From a virus: a stretch of DNA of 64,000 bases. The notes under the pieces were generated by a model, which was not told the DNA's origin, ran no database searches, and saw only the letters and a program-made list of their open reading frames with translations. The stretch lies in IMG/VR virus record IMGVR_UViG_3300043395_003024, positions 32,001-96,000 of that record; one strand, 5' to 3'. This document shows positions 51,601 through 59,200 of the stretch, piece after piece (position 1 is the first letter of the stretch; the number at the start of each line of letters is the position of its first letter). Both the position numbers and the translations under genes were made by a program.

Positions 51601-54466
51601 GCAGGGAACGATAGTTAGAAGCGTTCATGAAAAGGGCAAAGCTAAAGGCAAAGAAAAAATTGAGATAATCCCAGCTGTTTTGTTACCAGAGCGCAAAACG
51701 ATGGAGCTTGATAACTGGGCGGTTGGCATCGACCAGGTAAGAGAAATAGCCGGTAGGCAAAAGTCAGCATGGAAGTCTTCGCCAACCCAGAGAGAAAAAC
51801 TATTTATTATCCCGAATGTCGATGACACCTACAAGCAGGCTGTATATGCCGCACTTGACATAGAAGGTGGGGACGATAAGAGACCAGGAAAGCCAACTGG
51901 AAGAATAATAATAACTGGAGACGGAGTCGATACAGGTCGCCCAATCGATATGCCAGATGGGTCGCAGAGGCCCAATACTCCGACTGGTGGTCGCGGTTCG
52001 AACAACGGTAGATACCGTAGAGACCTCGAGAAAGCAATAATTAAACTTGGCCTGCAGGACAAAGTAAAGCCAATGGCTGAAGCCGAACGCGGTTTTAGAA
52101 AAGAAGGCGAAGCTCAGCGCAGGCTTTATGACGGTTTCGTCATTGAAGGCGCAACGATAGAGGAAAGCACTGAGATTCTAGGACAATTAGCACAAGCGCT
52201 TCGAGATTCCGCAAAGACCGCAGGTGGAGATGTTGAAATTACAACAATGCAGCTTTCGAAGGGTCGCGAATCTAGATTCGTTGCAGTTGCGGAGGACCTC
52301 AGCGACCCAATTTCAAATATCCCGGAAAAACTGGCGCAGGGTGAAGCTGGCGTCAGCTATATGGAAGAAGGCAACCTAGTTCACGTTGCATTCTCGCGTG
52401 CAAAAGAACAGCTCGACCCGGGCACTGCCGGATTTGTTTACTGGCTACATGACCAGCGCACAAAAGCGGTGCGAGAAGCCATAACGCAGGCTGTAAAAGA
52501 TGGACATATTCCGCCAGAGCTCGATAAGGGCGCATTTAGCGACGATGGCGGCATTGAGTTGCCGGAATGGTACAAAAAGCTCAACTCTATGTCTCTAGAG
52601 GAGCTAAAGGATGGATTCCCGGCTCGTCCAACAGACAAAAAAGAAGACGAAGACATAACTGTCCCATCACCTGTTGATGGTGGAGAACCCGATGATTTTG
52701 AACCAATCGTTACGGAAATTGACGAAGATGATTACGAAATGGGGGATACTGACGTCCCGAGTGACGAAGGTGAAAAACTACCAACATTCGATGATGATGA
52801 AGAAATTATGGACGATGGCGAACTTCCGGAAGTCCCAGGCATGCGCCTATCCAGTGGCGCGACTCCTGGTGCGGATAGGCGCATAGCTCGCAGAAATAGG
52901 CGCATAGCAAAGAGCAATTTGTACTCAAATAGCATGAGTGCACAGCAGCTTGCTGGAATAAGAATTAGCGGCGACCCAAATTCAAGCAAAAATAGACAAG
53001 CATTAGAGTTCGCAATGCAAGCATGGGACGGTGTACGTCGTCGTGGCATAGCTATTGACGTTGACGACGATACGCTTTCGGTAGCAGAGCGTCAGTCTAG
53101 GACGCGCGGTGCCATGCAGAGTGTCGGTGCGGCCATGAGGGGGCGCAAGGATAGGGTCCGCATTGGTAAGGTTAGTGATAATGGAAGAAATGAAAATCCA
53201 TCGGCGGAAACATGGATGCTTTCTGTTGACAAGCTTGCTGACACAATAAGGATTCCAACAGAATTTACGTCAAGAGAAAACTCCGAGGGTGGCTCGACAA
53301 TCCGCTGGACCCAGTCGCGCCCTGCAACGAGGGAAGAAATTGGTAAATTGCTTGGCCTTAGCCCTGCCGACGCAGAAAAGCTAAAGGACCCAGATGCAGG
53401 CATAAACCATGACGCAGTACGTCTTCTCATTGCGGAACTAGGCAAACAGGAAGACCTTCCAGCATGGAGATACTTTGCTCCTGTTAGCGCCGATGAGGCA
53501 AGGCGCATAACCCCTTCACCCGAAGGCGATATTGCGGAAAATATCCCTCAGGTAGATTTGGCTGCAGAAAATGCTGGCCGTGCAAACATGCGAGATAGGT
53601 TTATTATCGAAACCTTCGGCAAAGACGCATATCCGCACTGGTTTGACGTCGAGGAAAACCAGTCGATGACGCCAGATGAGTACGTCCAGCTTGGAGAGAT
53701 AAGTGAAACGTCTAAATTCCGTGCCTCTGGTCGCTTCTACCCAGATAGCGCAATCAAGGGCGACTCGGAAGCAGAAGTTGACCTTTACGGCGAATCACTT
53801 GACGCGCTTGTACCAGCAGAGGGTGCAGTAGATGCAACAGGCGATGTGCTGAGAAACGACAAGACTTCAATAGAAGATTTCGACCTTGACTCTCTGATTG
53901 ATTATCTAGGAATAGACAAAAAAGAGTGGAAGAAGGGCCTGCAGGAAAGACTTTCTGCAGCTTTTGGCACTGATTCGGTCGGAATCAACGATGAATGGAG
54001 AAGAAAAGGCATCCCAACAGCGACGGTTGCCCACATGATTAGAACGGGCGTTCTGCCAGATGCAGGGTCGGTATGGAAAGAGGCAGATGCCGGGCAAAAA
54101 TTCGACGACGAGATGAAGAGGCCAAAGTATGCGGTCTACGAGGCTTTGACTGAATTTATTGACAAGAGCTTCCCTAATTCCAGACTCAATAACAGAGAAA
54201 ACAGAAACAAGATAATTGGCGCCACGGACATGGGGTACACCCTGACCAACGCGGCCAAGAATCGCGGTTCTGTCTGGAGCCCTGGGAAAGGGAACGAGCC
54301 ACGGTTCTCTCGCGGAGAAATGCAATCAATGGTTGACAGGTTCAATGAAATATTTGGAACTAACCACACACTTGATGACATCTTCAGCGACGAGCAACTG
54401 AGAACGGCCAAGGAAAGAGTCGAGTCCGGGAATACCCTTTCGGGCAAGAAAAAGCCAAAGGCTTAA
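45635..54466 (+). CDS. Giant polyvalent head protein: HK97 prohead protease + HiPIP-like Cys domain + ArdC-N + zincin + UvrD-like SF1 helicase + unknown C-terminus
   Basis: Protease: DSVGD..GAF..WGH..PIG..WSIGY..LYEVSPV..GAN. ArdC: WKMPW..YQGMN..VYNVDDV. Zincin: HETIHW..EELIAE. Helicase: AGAGTGKTT, DEVQD, VGDDRQAVYAFR, SFRYG, CRTN, SKGRE, VAFSRAK. Confidence 0.9.
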   Translation: MPSELFEYKSSSLGNSLSSKGGNINLDEAQGIVECFVAGIGNKDSVGDIVASGAFTKSLQRRKPRVVWGHSWNDPIGKVLEIYEVPNTDNRLPLKMKMAGIGGLFARVQFNLNSEKGREAFAMVAFFGEEQEWSIGYKTLRAQFDQKSQANVIYELELYEVSPVLHGANQLTGTISVKSDELADRMSAVMEDSGSAIDKAEIEKQLAAILGEKVSLMDVNDDEVTFARRMPNGEVGRYKCGFSGSRGRYMFGAPEPIVVMPMRRPIAPAANMPMAGPSMPANEPQRVIRPSQMPSMPVAIKPGENGNRMVPLPPVEYEDGGKDREEPEFDPNNLDREEADLRDALLKIVKRHGRFNEDSTGVYAAYSSPEENEVASIGVKCANCVFYQGGNSCKIIAMDVEPEGKCRFAVIPKGVVKGSTADTKNYELDEEFAEEDYLAELEVKYPGELAVAAVRGAIGRRRKKRRKFKLLGEFGSKQDDFDFDDKPYLLPVVPQFAFQVKQALDPIFDYHNVDSFVDVNGIVITSGVSFELIEAIDTAVENLKKKSLTENDIEWKAASYRLGRAIGSRLIDRPNIGGGRTRGRFFTSIGAEDFDPFTARDANLNGIVGEGLFLRGIALATPDPTPDGPGSIRNPKPSPRQLSKPESETVARIENAAGKLSSGKIELDLPRFDDPDIDSAEKFGAAESRRDELQGVLDGATDPEQIKKLERAISELDKYMNRVEKLAESEMAQSEKPKKKPAAGKVIKAGQKLSSGYAKYLDKPKSKRSIDEINKFDGPISAALSSGKLPDKAEIPEDSPILSEMYKRMADEIIAVLQDLIDNPEKAKQWKMPWRNPEIFARNPTRNRVYQGMNQLALLLTAQSRGYTTNRWAGKTQWQKLGGKLKPGASARGVSILVPREGRILMNADGQPVETGRYYVVQTVYNVDDVAGLPKKFYEVEDSAINQEERLQDLENVIQEIGPKFVESKGQQAFYRPMTDSIHMPAFDQFENALAFYSTAMHETIHWTSHPTRLNRTLGKEFGDEQYAFEELIAEIGSAFALGSMGLEPTVREDHLLYLNSWLKKLKSDPLAIHRAIVQAQQANDYLLNRSATMRRLAGIPDDERKGKDDIWFEVPMLAGYEDIEPIKPTTTITGPLEDLLDSEAWDEFVPDSPNLSIAERELRSYDVAPNAPSKNKAGVVITPSGALASGKKAGKIKGTKPGVPEIDRIAEDVSLKLAFGLANEPTNEQRDIMAVALSLIHGNNPAILSVLAGAGTGKTTTLKSIAWALQREFDLWPEGDPRRAEQLAYLSDRYGIDFSKIKPEKIADAVTELAKNNKTGNLYYTVFNTKNQLEAETEFPRNTGIATTDKLWQWSLRLGQGDKKYGPGMRRKMGMLNKSRESKKSMRRNPAWKSEEETPGVEKMIGKNFVREKFDGTTETFVGEDPGFEALGWTMLQKGDDFAEHLGLEKWPDVVKRKKMKPDVDASGRPIRDEKGKVKKSEVEVEGFELPNGTFLELSEMGDLLSNALKRWGLSKEEKVTAQHFMPPKQRLEDMDTPRGKDNQPTGVDSILTEEQIPKKWIEAVQSIVDEIADGDSNLLPTMELVSKFWMMTDPDLRTDPGLITHSSAQTRVKVSVPSSLREGDTYVYDGEEWVVTGLTKKAGKTSSATLRKKMASKENPLGAFLLDEVQDSNEVLETVLDRNRDKLPIILVGDDRQAVYAFRDAKNILASLDSEYSQDITESFRYGETVGHAANLVLGAQNVHLRRQGVKQQPWKHVKGQAQTVINRQFDPLLPEKDRLGNNPVDEIDDATRQILIADIEKKYSTPEKKLDLLSLDRPAQDKALKELRDTLYGPKAGQIVDRYAEADKGNLPTMILCRTNGEIINEALKFINIVINSKAVERDERGMPKLPEVIIPASKWEQLLTFTKHLDFIMRSPAKQQEYIARFGKPEMSSWLGPIWTQGTLQKALNQSKYQQARSAYKLIMQPPKSDPTAPPLGTRGMLELLQGTIVRSVHEKGKAKGKEKIEIIPAVLLPERKTMELDNWAVGIDQVREIAGRQKSAWKSSPTQREKLFIIPNVDDTYKQAVYAALDIEGGDDKRPGKPTGRIIITGDGVDTGRPIDMPDGSQRPNTPTGGRGSNNGRYRRDLEKAIIKLGLQDKVKPMAEAERGFRKEGEAQRRLYDGFVIEGATIEESTEILGQLAQALRDSAKTAGGDVEITTMQLSKGRESRFVAVAEDLSDPISNIPEKLAQGEAGVSYMEEGNLVHVAFSRAKEQLDPGTAGFVYWLHDQRTKAVREAITQAVKDGHIPPELDKGAFSDDGGIELPEWYKKLNSMSLEELKDGFPARPTDKKEDEDITVPSPVDGGEPDDFEPIVTEIDEDDYEMGDTDVPSDEGEKLPTFDDDEEIMDDGELPEVPGMRLSSGATPGADRRIARRNRRIAKSNLYSNSMSAQQLAGIRISGDPNSSKNRQALEFAMQAWDGVRRRGIAIDVDDDTLSVAERQSRTRGAMQSVGAAMRGRKDRVRIGKVSDNGRNENPSAETWMLSVDKLADTIRIPTEFTSRENSEGGSTIRWTQSRPATREEIGKLLGLSPADAEKLKDPDAGINHDAVRLLIAELGKQEDLPAWRYFAPVSADEARRITPSPEGDIAENIPQVDLAAENAGRANMRDRFIIETFGKDAYPHWFDVEENQSMTPDEYVQLGEISETSKFRASGRFYPDSAIKGDSEAEVDLYGESLDALVPAEGAVDATGDVLRNDKTSIEDFDLDSLIDYLGIDKKEWKKGLQERLSAAFGTDSVGINDEWRRKGIPTATVAHMIRTGVLPDAGSVWKEADAGQKFDDEMKRPKYAVYEALTEFIDKSFPNSRLNNRENRNKIIGATDMGYTLTNAAKNRGSVWSPGKGNEPRFSRGEMQSMVDRFNEIFGTNHTLDDIFSDEQLRTAKERVESGNTLSGKKKPKA

Positions 54467-54493
54467 ACTTAATAAAACGGGCAGAAGTAATAG

Positions 54494-54529
54494 ATGTTGC
54501 TAATTCACGCTCCTATAGCGTGATAGGTT
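54494..54529 (+). promoter_or_regulatory. Putative phage late promoter ATGTTGCT-N22-TAGGTT
   Basis: Variant of the shared motif with an extended -10 TG; a TATAAT is adjacent. Confidence 0.45.
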
Positions 54530-54594
54530 ATAATTTAAAGACAATTAATGGTTAATGGTCCATCCGGTCATTTCCCTGCACTCACGGGAGTTGT

Positions 54595-56196
54595 ATGAAG
54601 TACGACGAGAAAGCTACTGTAAGCATTGACGGCGACGGCAATGTCTTGAAGTGCGCAAAGGGCGCAGCCGCAGCGGATTGTGGTTTCGTCAAAGGTGCAG
54701 AGCTATGCGCTAAGTGCGGTGCAATGCCTGTAGAGATGAAAATGGTTCCAGCGTCTGATGAGCAGGTAGTGGAAGAGGAAGTTGATGCAGAGGATGCGAT
54801 GAATCCAACTGCGGCGACTAAGACAAAGAAGAAAATGGATGGGAAAAAGCCCGGCCACGCAATGCTCGACATGGCGGACGAGGACGAAGAGCCGGAGATG
54901 ACAGAGGAAGAGCTTGCAGCTGTAATGCCGTCAAAGAAGGGCGAAGCCGTCACCATGGGCGAAGACGAAGCCGAAGAGATGATGGATGAAGATGAAATAG
55001 ACGAAGAGGACATCCCGGAAGACGAAGAGGACATGGAGTCCGACGAAGAGAAAATGATGGACTCCAACAGTGGAAATAGCGCTCGCATGCAGCGTATGGG
55101 TCGTCGCAGGAAGGGCGCAATGGCCGCCATGGAGGATGAAGAGGAAACTGAGGACGAAGAGGAAGCCGCTACTGAAGCAGAGATGGGCGGAGTCGAAGAG
55201 GAAGACGAAGAGGAAGAAGACGAGGAGTACGCAGAAATGGGTACAAAGTCTTTTTCACCACAAGACTCCGAATGGGAGCAAATTCGCCGCTCAAGAATCA
55301 AGTCAATGGGTCTCAAAACGTCTGACGTTGGCGCAGCTGGATATGTTTGTGCCATTGAGCGCAAGGCCTACGGCGGTTCTTCGCCTGTTTGCGACGACTG
55401 CCCAGGCGGCTGTGTCGCAGAGAAGGGCATGCCAGGAATTCTTCATGTTGAGGGTCTTGCAGAAAAGATGTTTGATGGCGTTGTTGTAGATTCCGGCTAT
55501 TCATCGGATGCAGACATGTTCGTTGTCGATGTTCAGGTCAAAGACGGCTCAATCAATGAGGTTTTCGTCGATGGCACCTCAGCTGAAATACTTGGATTCC
55601 ATAAGCTAGATTCATCCAGTTTCGAACAAAAATCTGATTTCGGTGATTTCCAGCTAATTGATTTCACGGAGGCTGCTGAAATTGCAGTTAAGTCAATTGA
55701 CGGCACGGTAGTGGCTGTTGAGCCAGATGTCTTCGAGGGATTTGATGCGTATGCCGTAGAAATCGAAGGTTTTGACGGCAAGTCGTACGACGTCTTTGTT
55801 GCACTTGATGGCGAGCTGCTTGGTTACGACAAGTACGAAGCAGATGAGGTTGAGGAAATTGAGGCTGAAGCTGCCGAAATCGCTCTTAAGCGCGCGTTCT
55901 CGCAGGAGCGCAGATTTGACTTAGCCAAGAGCGGCGAGGCAATGCCAGACGGCTCATATCCAATCGTGTCGGAGACCGACCTCCGCAATGCCATTCAGGC
56001 TTATGGTCGTGCCAAGGATAAAGAAGCCACAAAGAAGCACATCATGAAGCGTGCTCGGGCGTTGAAGCTGGAGAGCCTGATTCCTGGGAACTGGATTGCT
56101 GGTGGAGAAGAGAAGGCCGGCGACGTTAGCGATGCCGAATTCATGGCCTCACTTGTCGAGTTCCAGCTTCTCGAAGACACACTAGACGACAACTGA
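54595..56196 (+). CDS. Acidic head-associated (scaffold-like) protein with Cys clusters and PepSY-like repeats
   Basis: Two Cys4 clusters, a long Glu/Asp tract, EAAEIAVKSIDG..YAVEI (PepSY-like) and a C-terminal AMPDGSYPI..NAIQAYGRA..HIMKRARAL domain typical of phage head proteins. Confidence 0.7.
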   Translation: MKYDEKATVSIDGDGNVLKCAKGAAAADCGFVKGAELCAKCGAMPVEMKMVPASDEQVVEEEVDAEDAMNPTAATKTKKKMDGKKPGHAMLDMADEDEEPEMTEEELAAVMPSKKGEAVTMGEDEAEEMMDEDEIDEEDIPEDEEDMESDEEKMMDSNSGNSARMQRMGRRRKGAMAAMEDEEETEDEEEAATEAEMGGVEEEDEEEEDEEYAEMGTKSFSPQDSEWEQIRRSRIKSMGLKTSDVGAAGYVCAIERKAYGGSSPVCDDCPGGCVAEKGMPGILHVEGLAEKMFDGVVVDSGYSSDADMFVVDVQVKDGSINEVFVDGTSAEILGFHKLDSSSFEQKSDFGDFQLIDFTEAAEIAVKSIDGTVVAVEPDVFEGFDAYAVEIEGFDGKSYDVFVALDGELLGYDKYEADEVEEIEAEAAEIALKRAFSQERRFDLAKSGEAMPDGSYPIVSETDLRNAIQAYGRAKDKEATKKHIMKRARALKLESLIPGNWIAGGEEKAGDVSDAEFMASLVEFQLLEDTLDDN

Positions 56197-56210
56197 GAAG
56201 GGGACGCCAA

Positions 56211-59200
56211 ATGGCGAAGACCCCACAAACGCGGGAAAGAGTAATAGTTTCGGCACGACTAATTGTGCCAACCTCATGCTGCGGTGGCTTTAATGAAAAG
56301 GCAGTCCGATTCAGGACGTCTATCAATTCTTCGGTTTCTAGCGGTCGGCTACAAGCGGAGATGGCTACAAAAGCGATAACTAGTGGATTTGGAATACGTG
56401 TTAAGGCGTACGTTGACACGGACAATAAGAAACGCGAGTTCACTGGCGATTCTCGTCCGGGTGTTGAATCTAACGAATACGGCTACAGGTGGGAAAAGTC
56501 GGCTACATGGGAACCCGGCTCGAGGCTCGTAATAAGTCCATCATTCAAATCAAGAGAAGGAATGGGCACAGAGCCAAACGTTGGCTGGATTAAGCCAGAC
56601 AAGAATGCTCCGAAGAATTTTGCAGAAACGCTTGAGCGAATCCGCTCAAAGCCGACAATAAAACTGAGCAAGTACAAAGTAAATCCCAAAACCGACGAGG
56701 TAATCCCCGATTCCGAACAGGTAATTGACCCATTTGGCATCACTGCAGGCCTAAGCTACGAAGAAAAACAAAAAGCTATTCAAAAATATAAGGGAAACCT
56801 TATAGAGAAGAAAATGCTTCCTGGTCGCAGTCTTGAATCTCGTGTACCAGGCGGCTCGCTACTGTCGCGTGCCGCTGCGGTATTTGGCATTCTTCGTGAC
56901 GAGAACAACAAGTTCAGGTGCCCGCCGGGAACTCCAGCCGCAAACCAGTTTACGGATGCGACAGGTTCCAACTGTTTTGGTTTCAGCCCATCCAGGTTTG
57001 CTCGTTTTGCGGCAAGACAGGCTGCAAAACTTACAGCAGAAGGCGAATATCAGGGTCTTCGTAATAACGCGAGGTCATTCTTCAACTTCCTGTATAACGA
57101 CCAATACAGCGCAGAAGCGCGTGGCGTAGCAGACCCAGCACTTCTTGGGAGAAGCGTTTACTGGGACTCAATCAGCGGGGACAGATTCAAACCGCCATCA
57201 TGGCGCGAGATTGAAGTGCCAGGAAATCTGCGGATGTTCAAGAATGGTGCTGTTCGCGGGCAGGACGATATTGCGCGACAAAAAGCATCAGTGGCCAGAA
57301 TTGTTGAGTCTCTCGGGATAGACCCAGCAGACCCAGACGCATCACTTAAGGCCGCTCAGGCTTTAAGAAAAATGTGGGAGGACACTGGCGGCGCTGCCGG
57401 ATGGGACCTTGAGATACTTAATGTTTCAGGTGATGGCGCGGCTTTACTTGATGATTTTGAAATAAAACAGTTCATGGAAGCTCGCCTTCAGTCTGTTCCC
57501 GGATGGGGAGCGTTGTCTAAAGAAGAACGGGACAGACTGCTCCTTTCAGATATTGGCAGATACAAAGAAACACAAAAAGCAATGTTCGACACGTTGCTTG
57601 ACCTATTTTCAAAAGACCCAGCTGGCATGCGCAGCATAGGCCGTATCGAATACAACTTTTTTTCAGATGACGAAGCCGGAACATCACTATACAGAGATGC
57701 ACCAAAACTAGTTCAAGCACTGAACCCGGATGGGACCCCACGACTAGACAGAGATGGCAATCCAGTTATGCGTAAAGTGCCTGGGGAAATGCGCACTGCA
57801 ATTCACATCAATATGGCTGAAATTCTTTCCAATCAGGAATCGATGCTCCCAGACATGCGTCCAGACCAGCGCCTGGCAATATCTGCCGTTGGCGCAAGAA
57901 GTGAAGCGGAGGGGCGTCTTGCTGTCGCTGACTTCCTGATTAATGCCGACTATGCATCTAGGGGAATGGCCGGCTTGCTGGATGGCGTCTATTCATTCTC
58001 TAGCCACATCATGCTCCACGAATCAGCACACCATAAACAAGCGCAACTATTTCAAGAGAAAATAATGTCTGAAATAGCAGACAAGGGATTCATTACTGTC
58101 CCCGTCATTAGGGACGGAGTCAAAATAGGCGAACGCAACGTCGATTCAATTTATAAATTGAGCGGAGATGACCTCATGGCAATCATGACGGATACCGCCG
58201 ACTCAATAAATCTTGATTCACTTAATGATGCTATGGAGAGAATCAAGGCAATCGCCCCACTCGCCGGCTCGTATCCACGAGATACATACATAGAGGGTTC
58301 AGAGGTATGGGCGCTTGAGGCCTCAGCCGAGTTATGGGCATTGCGCGAGCGCGGAATCATCTATGGCGAAGATATTGATGCAGCACTTGAGTGGATGGAC
58401 AGCGCAAGCTTTGCAGCCGCAGCCCGCGAAAGAGCCTCTGCCGACGATGATTCAGCAATGGATTCCATGGACGACGTGTTCCGTATCCCTACGCCAACCA
58501 CGGTTCCAGACGATATGCCGGATGATGTCATTGAGGAGACGCTCGCTGATAGAGACGAGAGACTCGCTTCTGAGTTGCGCGAGGAAATAAAGCGATTTAA
58601 GACGGTATTTGGCGAGCTTCCAGAAGAAGAAATGTTCGATGAAGCTGCAATTATTGCTTCACAAAGAGATAATGCAAAACGCAGGCTAGATGCAGTAAGA
58701 GATTTTGAAATCGACCCGACCCTTCCTGACGACGAGAGAATTTCACTTGAATCCATGAAGGCAGAGGCAATAAAAGATTGCCAACGGGCCCTGGATTATC
58801 ACACTAAAAAATACGACGAAGCATCAAAGATATGGAGAAAAAAATATGGCGTAGGTGCCAGCGGAGAAAAGAAGCGTTTCGAAGACAGTGTCCGAGAGGT
58901 TAGGGAGCGAGAGGGTCTTCTAGATGTCGGGGAGATGGAAGAAATAGCAAGACTTGCGGACCTTGACGACCTGCGCGAGAGCGTAAAGGGAATGCCTGAG
59001 AAAAAGGTTATACGGAAGCTCGCCGACGATGAGGTTCGTCTTTCAACGATGGACCCAGCATCTCCAGAGGCAAGAGACCTCGCAGAGCGTATTGACGTCA
59101 TAAAAGACCAACATGCGAAAAATCTAAAAGAGGCTGGCGATACCAGAAGCATCACAGCTGTTAAGAGAGATATCGACAAGAAGGTAAAGGACACAATCAG

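Noticed and set aside
54582-55364. 260-aa Ser-rich antisense ORF
   Set aside because: Mirror of the GAA/GAG/GAC-rich acidic tract on the + strand.
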